Source: Tubiluchus corallicola
Lineage: Eukaryota > Animalia > Priapulida
Assembly: GCA_030141605.1 (NCBI GenBank)
Contig: JAQGDQ010000789.1
Coordinates: forward strand, 31,481 to 95,480
Direction of reading: 5' to 3'
DNA: 64,000 bases
The stretch's first letter is position 1; each line of letters opens with the position of its first letter. The notes beneath the pieces are model-generated. The model had not been told where the DNA came from, searched no databases, and saw only the letters and a list, made by a program, of their open reading frames with translations. Below are positions 13,283-26,600 of this stretch, one piece after another. Both the position numbers and the translations under genes were made by a program.

Positions 13283-16200
13283 TTAAATAGAGATCCAGTG
13301 CCGTAGCTGAAAAAAATATAATCATGTTAAATAACATAAAGTAACACATCAAATAGTTTTGTGCAAAGTTGGATTATTCAGTAAACTCAATAGACATTGA
13401 TTTTCTGCATTTATTCTGTTATTTAACAAAATCTATGCTGCGAAGGCTTATTGGAACAGAATATAAACAGAAACAGAATATAATGACTACAGCAATTGCT
13501 TTTGTTTTATTCAGTTGGTACTAATCCATTGAGATGTTGCAAAGTTGCCGCTAGATGGCACCACCTACCTGAAATCTCTTCACAACACGAGTTTGCTGCA
13601 TGGCTTCATGTTCGTGTTCGGGAGTAATGCAGATAGCAAATCGCTGGTCAGGTGATCCGTGGGTTAGGAGGAACTGTTAAAACAGATAAAAAATTCCGTC
13701 GAGAAAAGTGGAAATTAATATCATAATGATACCGACAGCTGCAACCAGGCAATTTGTACTACAATAGTATGTAAGGTTCCCACAAAAATCTCCAATTAAA
13801 CAATAATTATCCCGTCAGTTACTCGTCTTCCAGCCATCTTTGGTTAGCAGACGTTGTTGCATAAGCTTTTCGGCGTAACTTGAAATGCATTAAGCTATAA
13901 ACTTGTAACTTTCACAGCCAAAACCTAAAGTATTGTGAAATTTCAACTTTGTAAGACGCTTGTTTCTAACTTCATTTAATATTAGCTCATACATTCAATC
14001 ATATAAATATTATTTAATAGTAGTCTAACTTTCGGCACATTGTTTCTGTACCCAACCCAACACGCAGTACCCAACCGCCACACAATACGTAATAAGAATT
14101 ACACCTGCAAACAGCAATACAGATGACTGTATATAGTGCCATCTATTTTATACGGATTCCACAGCACAATTCGAAAATTTGACTAGTTTTTAATAATGTT
14201 ATGGTATGAAATTTCGAATTCGAAAACTCCGAAAGGAGTCTAATAAAACGTAGCAGTTTTTCAAACTCAGGCTCATTTAAAACAAATTATATCTCGTCTG
14301 TTACTCGTCTTCCCGGAAATTTTTACAAAAGATACACTGAAATATACTCAGAAGAAATGTGTCAAGGTCAGCGCACACAAGAGGTAAAAATTTACAAACA
14401 AAAAACAAGAAACACTAAAAAAGTTGTTTTTGATAGTTCTGCAAACGTTTCGTGTTTTCCTCTGCTGGACATGCATACACAGCCACCCGCAATGCGAAGC
14501 AAAAACGCTCGCGAAAAAAAAACTATATCAGATCAAGTGATTCGTTTTTGGGAAACAGCCTAAGGTGGCATTTACCTGACATCCGGAATGCGTATGCGGA
14601 TGCGGAATAGATAAAATCGGTTTATATTGTTTTCAATGCACTCGTTTATTCAGACCTGATTATGCGTTATTTTTTCTGCAGGTATTTCCTGTTAATTTGT
14701 TACATGCAGCTGTTCCACAAGTGGATAACGAATAACGCATTCCGGATGTCTGGTAAACGCCCACACTTGACACTTGTTTTTTTTCTCTAGCGCTCATCAG
14801 ATGTTTTTATGTTGTGTTTCATGTTTTTCCTAACCGTGTGCGTTGACCGAGATTATTACCCCGCAATATTAACATAATCCATTGTAGCATTCTGTATGTT
14901 TTGTTTGTCATACCTTGAATGCAGCGTAAATTGGTATTATGATCACGGCAGAGAGGCAGACGAGCCATGCCACTGCATTCGCCCAAACTGGATAATAGTA
15001 GTGCTCGTAAGTCAGAGGAAAGTAACGGATAAAGCTCAGAATTGCCAAGAACTGAAATAAATCAATAATTGAAGGAGTCATATCAGAGTTAGTTATGCAT
15101 CGACTGATCAAAATGTAATATTCCGGATAAAGATAATAAACTATCCTACGTGTGGAATTAGAAAATGACTCACAATTATAAATCTTCTAAACCAAACTTA
15201 GCCGACGAAAGAAACTGGAGGCAAGGTCTTAAACTGATTTATCTCAATCGAGCTCAATCCCAACCTTTTCATATATCATTTCTTACTGTAAAGTTTGGTT
15301 TCCTGACAAACCTTTTTGATCTATTCACTCATTCGTTGGCTTATAATCTTGACATCAAAATGATAAAAAATTACTTTTACAATTTCAACAGTCCGTTTTG
15401 CACCAATTTGAAGATATGCAACATTTTTACAGCAGCACTTTGAAGGAGCGAAAGCTTGATCTCCAGGGAAGTAATTTATGCATCATTTTACCCCAAAATC
15501 TGATAATTAAGAAAAGGCACCATACCTGGATTTATCCTGTGCGTAGCTTATGTACACAAACTATTATTTACAGACATACAAACATGAAAAATTGGATCAG
15601 GTACTATAATTTGCAGTGTGCAATTGCAAGCTATAAATGACTACTAATAATTACTGTACTAAAAGTTGTACAATTTTATTTAAAATGGTAGCCTTCAAAG
15701 AGGCCAGAAGCTTCTCTAACCTAAAATTTTGAGCAATGCATTTAAAGGATGGCAGGATGATTTTTCATATACTACCCCATCTACAAGTACAGTAAAAAGT
15801 ATACATTTTAACACCAATAATACTACAAAAGCGTTTCTAATAATTAAATAATAGATTAAAATGGCGAGCCCAACTAGTGATGACATCACAAACTAACATA
15901 ATTTTAACTATCAAAAACATTCCTGAGCATGTTGCGCGTGTTGCAAAAGCGAAAATTTAAGTACAGTGCTACTGTAACAGATTCAGTGTGTTGTACTAAA
16001 ACTCGGCAAGATTTAAGATAAAAATTAAATTTTCAATTTTACCGCTATACTCACGTATGAGCTGTCGAACGTGTGCAGTTCGTCACAAACGAACACATCA
16101 GAACTGAGAGGTACTAACCACTACTGCCCGTCTAACTATGGAATGGCGAAATGCATGTAACAGAGAAGAACTATTGGCGCGAACGCGAAATTGGGTTTGT

Positions 16201-17321
16201 AAGGTAATAAATCTTTCACGTAAGGCATTCTTTAGAAAACAGTGTTTCCTTTCAATATTTTAAAGAATAGATTGTTTTGACCTACAGTTTAACATTGGGT
16301 CCAGCTTTGCTTTAATAAATAATTACTGTCTGCCACTAATGCCATCAGTAACACCAGTCAGTTTCTTGTAACATTGTTTTAATCAATTCTTTTTTCTTAA
16401 GTGCGTTCAAGTTGCAATTAGGCCACATTTCAAAGTTCTCCTTGCACGTTCGATAAGCGTTATTAGGCCTACTCTCTTCATAAGCACTTATAGGCATACT
16501 CTACATTTTATAAATAAATACTATTTGCATAGTGGATAAACACAGACAAACACAGCCTAACTCTATTCGTTTTTCCACTTACAAAAATAATGATAGGAGT
16601 CAACAACTTCCAGCATATCCTCCAGTATATCCCGGGTCTGAAGTTCATCATTGATTGAACGTCACAGCATAACTGTTCAATTCCTGCACAGAATATTACG
16701 CCTTATTAAACTTGAAACAGGAATCATTCTCTCACATTGACCCCTCAGTATTGTTCGTTTGTGAAAACTATTTTGTGTCTGGTCATAATTAACTCGACAC
16801 AAAAAAGTTGGCTTCTAATTTATGAAATTTTCAATTTATGTTTAATATGAATCAATTATCGGTCCTAAATTTCTATTAAATGAAGCTCCAAAGCTATTTA
16901 TAAACTTCTAAATCACAGTATACATTGTACGGAGACTACATAGGCCACATACACCCTCAGTTAGTCCGGCAACTCTCATAGCATTTAAATGTTTAAAGTT
17001 ACTTTTTGATTTCATTATAATTATTATAAGGAGGGTGCAATTTATGAAAGTTTACATTTTTATCTTTATTGGCTTTTACATGCACATAGTTTTTGCTTCC
17101 TTTTGATAATAATAAAAGTGAGACGTTTTTATGCTGCCAAAACTGCATAATAGGTGAAGGCGAGTTGTCTTTTGTTTTCGAACAATCACAATCCACGAGT
17201 GTATACTAAATTACTGATCCTTATATTTTGTTATATATGCATGTGTAAATTATATGTGTTTTTGTATTATGTATTCCATAAACTTGTAATTCGTAAAAAA
17301 ATCTTAATTACTAACTTACTA

Positions 17322-17409
<88 letters not shown>

Positions 17410-20400
17410 TCTTACTTACTTTCTAACTTACTAACTTACTTACTTACTCACTCACTCACTCACTCACTCGCTCACTTACTTGCTTATTTACTTACTCTCT
17501 CACTTACTTTTTACTTACTGGCTTACTTTTACTTATTTACTTACTTACTTGGTCATCTGTGTTATTCTCGGCTTGGGTCATCTAGACCGCTCTTTTATCG
17601 CTATATTTTCAGCTGTTGGACAACGAAGAAACAAAAATAAATGAAATTCACATACTTCATCATGTCCTTCTACTTCTAACAGAATTGCAAGAATCTTACG
17701 TTTTGGTTACAGTCGTTGACTTAAGCCTCACTATAGTTGCAATTAACTTGTGTACAGTTTATTTCTTTTTAGTACAAACCGGTCAAATTCACTATAAAAA
17801 TAAATCTCTCAAAAAGCGCACAACTGAACGCATTTCTTAAATTTTTAATTTGTAATTTTGGACTGAACACTATATACTGCTTTGCACCAAGTATAAAATC
17901 ACACTAGGCACGGATAATAGCTGAATGATTACCATGCGACCTCGGCTGTGAAATTAAGGAATGGCAGATCTGTTGATGAGTGACCACAGAGAAAGTTATT
18001 TTGGTAGTTTTATCTACCATCATACCCTTGGTTATTATATCAGTTAAGAAAGATCGTATACACATATTTTATGTACAACCTTTACAAATTCAATATCTAA
18101 CCTGATGATATTTGAGGATTATGTTTAATAATGAGACAGGTTCTGATCCCGCCATAATAAATAATCATATAATGTTAAAAAGGCAACTTTATTACAAATG
18201 CTAGGTGTCGACCTGCTAACAGTCAAGTTACTAGTTATAAAAGTCTTTTACCAGGACATAAATACAGAACACAGAATCTTTATGACGGTGCGAATTAGTT
18301 AAAATGTGAAAAGGGAAAGGATGACGAACTATATATTGGTTTCCGGCTAAATTCATGCTCCCGAGTTTTCTCTGGGAGTCATAAAACAAGATATCATCAT
18401 CAATAAAACAGCAGTGTCAATGAAACATCTGCTGTATTTTGATGGAAGCATTGAAGCTTTGGAACCCTGAAACATAGAAAGCTTGGTGCAGAATATTTTT
18501 TGACGCCTTTCTAGTCTCTAGCGAGTACTAGGTACTAGTTTTTCAACACATCATATAAAATTACAATAAATAAACGCAAAATTCCCAGGATTGTTAATGG
18601 GAAAGAGCGCCTGCAGTTGACTTACCGTAAAGCCAAGATGTCGCCACTAACTCGAAGAATACAGCAATAAACAAGGAGGCTCCGGCGGCATAAGAGTCCA
18701 TTAATGTTATTACAAAAACGCCACCCTATAAAATACTGCGCTATATAATTTGGAATAATGAAGGCTGTTTTATATCGCACATTAAATGTGCTGTTTCGAT
18801 TAAGTGCCTTCTCCTGTATCAGTATCTTGTTCATTATACTCTTATATGTAAACAAGCACAGGTCGAGTTCAGGACAGGAAAATCGCAAAATTCGGTCCCA
18901 AATTTTGCAGAACTTGTTTATTTGCGATAAATGGTCAGAAATAAACAGTAATTTTTTTCTGATCTTACAGAACGTAGACAATGCGTAGGCCTACGTCCAG
19001 CCTCCCATAATGTCAAAAATTAATTTTTAAGAACGCATCTTCCGTTATTCGACTCCGAAGATAATCGCTTCTTAAAATTGCCAGCTTAAATAAAATCTTT
19101 CAGCAAATGTCAAAAGTCTTCAAACAATTCCTTTTTCTACAAAATTTAAAAAAATGTCACTCAAAAAGTTTTGTCCACCAGAGATAATGCAGAAGACAAC
19201 GAATAACAGTTCAAGAAAACAAAATAAGATAGTGCACTTCTGAGACTTGCCATGGTCATAAGCATAAAGACGACAAAGTGTCTCTCAAAAATGTTTATTT
19301 TTCACAGGAGCTTTTGTCCTTCACGGATTTTTTCAGCTGAAATCTACTTGTATGGCCTAGATCTTGAAATATTTTGAAAGACATCTAAGATCTTGAAAGG
19401 GATCTAAGATCTTGAACGAGATCCAGGATCTTGAAAGAGATCTAAAATCCTGAAAGATCTTGAAAGACTTGCATGACTAGTCTTTTAATATCTAGACTAT
19501 ACAAGCAGATTTATGCTGACGAAGTCCGCGAAGGACGAATTAAAGCTCATGTGAAAACAAAAATTTTCGAATCTAAACGGGCACTTCTTTGCGATTCAGA
19601 GAAATAGATTAAACAGCTGGACAATTATAGGCATAATGTACATATGTATGTAGTGTCATACATAAGTGTCAATTTAGAGTGCGCCATAATTCATATATAT
19701 TTAGATTTTTCTATACTTACGTAGGTAGTACACGACAATCCTACAAGAAAAGTCACATAAATCATAATAAAGCTGAACACTTGTCGACTGTATTTCCATC
19801 GTTTTAGTAGCCAGTAAAGTTCATCCTGCAGACCTGTCAAAAGAGCCTCCATGCCACCAATCTATTTAAAAGAGAAAGTTTTGTCAATTGTAGAGCCGGG
19901 AGTCAAGGAATGTGCTTTACGACCGAAGTTTAGCAATACTGAGTCTGGTGAGTAAGTGGATGGCGGAAAACCAGAAAAATTGCTCTGCATATAACTCCTT
20001 GTTATTACCTCGTAGAAAGAAGATGTACGGACATTCTTGTGACTCGGAAATTACTATCGATAAAAAGCTAGGTTTGGCTCTTCACATATAAAAATCCACA
20101 TTAACTAGGTCCCATATTACTAAGAAAATTTCATGCAAAAAAACTGTCAACCGATTTAATTCTGGGATTTTTCGTTAAAAAGCCAGAATATGTCATGATT
20201 ATAGGAAAAACATTTCGTCATCCTCTGCCAATTGACATGAAGCTATTGTAGCCCTTATTTTAAGTGGCCATGTTAGGGTGAAAGCTATAAAAATCGTTGC
20301 AGTAGAACGAGAACCGCTCCCATTATTATGACTAACCTTCTAAGGCAAGCTGGCAAACGTAAGTTAACTATGATCAGATGTGAACACTTCCTCCTTCAAC

Positions 20401-20565
20401 AAGAGAGATAGCCGGAGGTAGTATGGAAAATCACTGAGAAGCTTTTTACTATCGATCGGCCATCCGTGGTCTATAAGTCAGAGCCAGCGTTTTTGTAATT
20501 TGGACAGCAAGGATCCAATAGTACTAATAGCAGAACACAATGTCTAGATGGAAGCAGCGTTAAGC

Positions 20566-20638
<73 letters not shown>

Positions 20639-23600
20639 CTAGTACTAGTACTAGTACTAGTACTAGTAGTACTAGTACTAGTACTAGTAGTACTAGTACT
20701 AGTAGTACTAGTAGTACTAGTACTACTACTACTACTACATAAGAGCTGACAACTTAAAAAGACAAGCAAAAGAGCAATAATAAACAAAAAGGAAAGCGCT
20801 CAAGTTAACTCTGAAAAGCTATATTATTACCTTATTAAAAGCTATACTGCTTCAGCCAATCTCCGACAAACATGAAGCCATGTACCATCATCTGGAAATT
20901 GAAGCAAATGTCACAAGTAACAAATCACAATTTTAAAAGACTAGATGGTAGCAGCAAACATGTGCATGAAGGACGAGAATCATATAGACGCTTGTTACTA
21001 CCATATAGTCTTTTAGTTCTGTGTCTGATGCTAGTTTGTCACTTGATGTATTTGATCAAATTTTCAAATGCCGGTATACAGCTTCATATTTGTTTGAATG
21101 TGGCTAAAGCAGTATAGCCAAAACTTTGCACAGTTTTCAATAAAGATTTGAAAACTTCACCTAGTTTTGGCACTTTGTCTTTTGGTTTATTGCCAAGTTA
21201 AGATTCCCAAAAAGGTACTCCAAGATAACTTTAGTATGTGTAAGAACAGTTACTAAGTTTTGTTTGCTATAAAATGTTTATTGAACGAAAATTATAAACT
21301 TCGCTATCATTTAAAAACCGAATAAATTTAATTTTAAAGCACCAAACTTACTGAACTCCCTAGTCCAAGCGTGAGCAACATTACAAAGAAAATAAGGGCC
21401 CAAAATGTTGATCCTGGCAAAGTAGCAAGTGCATCTGGCAGTACCGTAAATCCAAGTCCAGAACCTTAACAAAAACGGATCCTGGTTTTGAGTTTGAAAA
21501 AACAATGACTAAGTTAACTGTACTAACATTGTTTAAATAATCCTACTTAAAGCTTGTGAAACATACCAGCACTGACTACATTGGAGATGCGAACATTTTT
21601 TGTCCAGGCCAAGTATCCCATGTATGAAAAAACTACAAATCCACACAAAAAGCTCGTCAAACTGTTGACAATTGACGTGATAAGCATGTCTCTGAAATCA
21701 GCAAGAAAATAAACATGTAAACAATGCAATGTATTGCAGTAAGCACTAAAATCGGGATTTTCACTATCAATAGTTTGTAATTGCTCTCAAAAGGCAATTT
21801 GTCTACGGAACGGTTACTAACTGGCAAAGGAGATGAAAGAGATGCTTGGTACAGAAATGCACACATCAGGGTATTAAGTCCACACTAGGATCAAAACCGT
21901 TTCGGTGGTCACTCAAAAAACTGTAAAAAAACTAGTCAATATATTCTTTAGTATCGCCCTTGTTATTATAGTCTGTCATTAGTTAACGTTACTGCCAGAC
22001 CGAGTGTCATCATTATTGTTAGCATCGTAGACGCCACAGGCGTTTTGGTATCTTCGAATCGGCAAAGTCTCAGACAGGTCTTACGTGGTTAAAAACTTAC
22101 ATTGATCAAAATAGAATAAAAAAGCTATTCAACGAATAGTTTTCGTCATACGTTATGCCAGTGTTAATTGACCTGCTACTGTTAAACGACCTACATTCGC
22201 GTGTAAACTTATTATAACTGGGATTGGTGTCCACATCAGCAACAACATGTAATGAAATGTCATAACACCGACAAGCTTTGACAACGATAAAATTAAGCCT
22301 ATAGCAAGGCAAAACGCATAGTGTTGATCCCCTTAGGCATTGTGGATAACGGCAAATGGCCATGTATCAAACCACAGAATTATAATTTCTTCATTTTAAT
22401 GAAAAATTTCTTGAACTTACCTGTAGACATTGTTGTGAAATCTATTGAAGGACGCGTAGGCCGTGTATACACCAAATCCTGGTCCTATGGAGTAGAATAC
22501 TTGTGTTGCTGCATCAAACCATGTCTATAACAATAATTATTGTATTGTCGCACGTTAATTAGTTACAGGAGTTCTATTTCTATAGGCATTTATTTCCATT
22601 ATTCACCCTTTTAATACCCTTTACCGTGGGTATATAATAGTGTTAACAGTAAGTATCTTTCTTCTATTACATAGCCCTGAGTAACTTCACAGAAGAAAAA
22701 GCTGTTAATGACGAAATTGGGAAAAATTCACAAATATCAGTCTTTGAAAAGAGCGCAGCTTCAGATGGAGTAGAAGGAAAAGAAGAAAAAAGAACACAAT
22801 AGCACAAATTCTCTAATAGGTGGTTTTCGGTTTCTAACAGATAAACTGAGGGTTTGTAATGCAAAACTTAAGCACACATTTTGCTAATTAAGCACACAGG
22901 TAAAATCTGTAGGTGGCATTAAGCAGTAAGCAAAATCAAAACAATACGATAGTGAGTAAATGTGAAGACCGTTAAAAATATACGAATAAAGTAATATGGT
23001 GGTCAAACATTATCCAGGTACACCCATTATTTAAATTATCGTAATTACATAGAAGTTTTCCAGTTAAAAGTGATTCATTAAGAGAATAATAATTCTTTTG
23101 TACTACATTAACATTAATAAATTAACATTAACATTAACAGATTTGCGAAAAGGTTGCTTAACTACAGCTGGCTCGACAATGTGTCACTTAATGGTAGTGT
23201 TTGTTTGAGGTGTCAAAATTATTTTAAAATTACTAAAATCAAAAGTATGATACACCTTTCTTACACAAGGTTTATGCTTTTTCGATGATATATACATGCT
23301 GTAAATGATAAATTCCCAAAAGTTCGTGTTTAGTTATTTTTTGCACATTTTCTTTTTAATTTGAAGACATACAGCAATGCATTGTATTAGTACTGCGTCT
23401 TTTCAACTTCTTTGTTATTCTGCAATCAATATTCTAGACAGAACTACTGTTCCGCTTTTGCTTACCTCAAGCCGTAAGAGCTGCGTTGCATTTGGTGTGA
23501 GATAGTACAGGATACCATCTTTTGCTCCAGGCAATATAGCGCCTCGAATAAGCAGTATAATCAGCATAACGTACGGCGTCACTGCTGTTAGATACATAAC

Positions 23601-26600
23601 CTAACAAAATAAGATTTTGCGATTTTTTATTCAAATATCCTGTAGTTATAAAGGGAAAAGAAAGAAAAAATTACGACGTTCTAAACTGCTACTGCAGTTT
23701 GTTATTAGATGAAAGACAACCACAAGTAATTACTAACACAAATTTTTAGGCGTGTGTTTTACATATGGCACAGAAAAAACATAGCAAAGCAAGAAACACG
23801 AAGAAAATGCATGGAAACACTAAATCCCTGGCCTCAGTTAGACAACACAACAAAAACTGATAGAAATAATTTATTATTAAGGTTCTGTGGTTAATTTTAA
23901 ACCTTGTAAATGCAAACACTACAATGTTCGGAGATGTGTCAGAAAGAAAAAGAGACAGAAAGACAAAAAATATTAAAAGACAAAACAGAAAAATAAAGAA
24001 AGAAACAACAGTTATTGTTAAGAAAAAGAAATGTCTAGAAAAGCAACAACGAAGAAATGTTGTTGTACATAAGTAACCATCTTGTTATGACGTAGTTGAC
24101 AAGGCCTACCTTCCCAGATGTCTTAACACTTTTCAGCAATGCCAGAAATAGAAAGGTAAACACTAGCAAAGCACACAATGTCACGTCCCATTTCAAACCT
24201 CCCAAATCGTTTATTCCAGAGCTTTTGGGTATACCCAACACTTTGTGGCTGTAGCAAAAAAAGAATGGTTGAAGTTTGTGACGCCGGGTTTTACTTGTTG
24301 GTTTTCTGTTCTTTATTTAAACCAGATTTTCTTCAACAATTCCCAAACTACTACTCCTAGCCGAGCGGTGAGGTAGTACACAGATGTTAGTAGTTTAGAA
24401 ACTGAATAAGTTTCTCATAGGTACCTCTACGGGGCGTACCTTGAGATAAAAGATGTGGGTTCGAATCACGAGCGGGATCTTAAGTGTCGGCCTTAAGTTG
24501 CTGTTATTGTGTTTAGCTAACAAAGTGTGAACTATTCATAATATTTTCACTATTCAAATACTTTTTAAACGTTCACAAAGAAACGCACTCCAAGATACAT
24601 ATTTTGTGTATAAAGAACAATCAAAATTTAATGAACAAATTTGTGATGATATGATCAAAAAGATAATTTTCAAAAGCAATCAGATAAATACGAGGCAAAA
24701 CCCAACTAAAGATAAACAAATTAGATTCTAATACACTAGGTACTCACTAATTACCCTTTCCCTGGGAGGTGCACCGAAAAACCTGTCCACGCTGAGATGG
24801 TTCACTGTTCATTAATATCTTGGCATGCCACATAATCATTGGTGACGTCACTGGAAACGAAGTCTGCACTGTCCCGTCTATGAGGTAGGTGAGGTGACAT
24901 CGAGAATGGTTTAACTTCCTCAGAGGCTGGCGTCAGGTAAATTTATGCGGTGATATTCAGTCCAACCTTCCACATGAACAGTAGTAACTCCATAACGGCT
25001 TTTAAGCAAATTGTCCCAAGTATCCATTTTGCTGTAAATTTCGATAGTGCACAAAATGTATCACAACGTATCTAGACTGCTCGAAAACGTTACTGTCCTT
25101 TAACTGTAATCACAGCTATATAAAATGCTAAATGCCAAACTGCAACACATTACATAGTCCGCAGGTAACACGTACAGAGCAAACGTCTTTACTTCATAGC
25201 TATAGAGGTGCCGACTGAAACCGTCGAAATAAACTAGGACGACAACCTGGTTTCCAACTTATGCATTTGTTGAAGGACAGGTGTGTGGCTTTCCCATCCC
25301 GCAGTACTTACAGTACCTATTCGTAATACTAGCTACACATTCATGTATAGTAAACTGTTCATAACAAAGTTTTAGTAATCATATGAACCCGTGAAAGCAA
25401 TACTAAATTAGAAAGTCTGAAAAGTCCACTGAGACTCGAGACCAAGACCTACTGCTAGCCGTTGTACTAAAAGGTACCCTGATGTCTTAGACTCGGAAAT
25501 TTACATTATAATTTACACTAGAGATCTGTGAGCGACACATTTCATACTGCATCAAGACATAATGCAAATTCAATCGCTATGTTGGTAACAACAATAAAGT
25601 CAACACCCTGTCCTTGTAACTTTATATGCATCCACAAAATTTATCCAGACAGTTTAGTTTCGAATAGAAATTGTGATGCTGATAATGATGATGATGATGA
25701 TGACAGGTCATGCAAATTACCGCGGTGCGACCTTTTGCCGTGAGGATAAGCAATGACTTTGACATGAAGTGAACTAAAAGGAACTGGAGTGAATTGAAGT
25801 ATCATTAACTAATTAGATTACGACCGTGATTGCCAGAGTGTTTAAACTATTGTGGTTTATTTTTAACAGTCATTACCCATTGCGGGTAATGAGTTGCAGA
25901 AAGAAAGGAGACGCCGCAAATGGTTTATAAAGACTCTGGTAATCACGGGCATAATCTAACTGATTAAAGATATCGTTAGTTGCCAGCTAATGTGAGAAAA
26001 ATGAACTGATTTGTGTTTACAAGGATTAATTCTAGCAGAAAAATTTAAGAGCGCTTAAATTACTCAAGACTAGGGGGACAGGCGATAGGGAATAGATGAT
26101 ACATGTGTCGAAGGCTAGCGATGGTACCTTTCAATATAATCGTGACTTTGTCAGGGCTGACCCTACCACTAGATTAACTAGCCAGTCGCCTAGGGCGCCA
26201 AATTCTGAAGTAATTATTTAGTATTTAAGTTTAGTATAAGTAACAGCATAGTGTTCGTGAAATTCCTTAAGTAGCCAGCGCTAATTAAATGAAATGAACT
26301 ATTTGTGTATTTTCCTGTCAAAATGCATAATTCATCGATTCTAGCAAATGTCTTTCCGCGGCAAAACACGTTTTATTTTTGCTTTATCTGGTTTCCTTAG
26401 ATTATGTCATTTCTTACAAACGTTACAGACGCGTTATCCTTATTTATCCAGTTTCTACATAGTAGCACAAGCTGCAGATAGGTAATTAACTATAGCTAAT
26501 TAGTACACTATAATACATGCATACATACATATAATACGGTGTCAAATCGGTGTTGGCCGCGCCTCACCGATTTGAAGAATAGAGGAAAACCGGCTAGAAA

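Noticed and set aside
24369-24395. let-7-like start TGAGGTAGTA (also TGAGGTAGG near 24881)
   Set aside because: Only 9-10 nt match; the remainder diverges and there is no downstream star arm forming a pre-miRNA.
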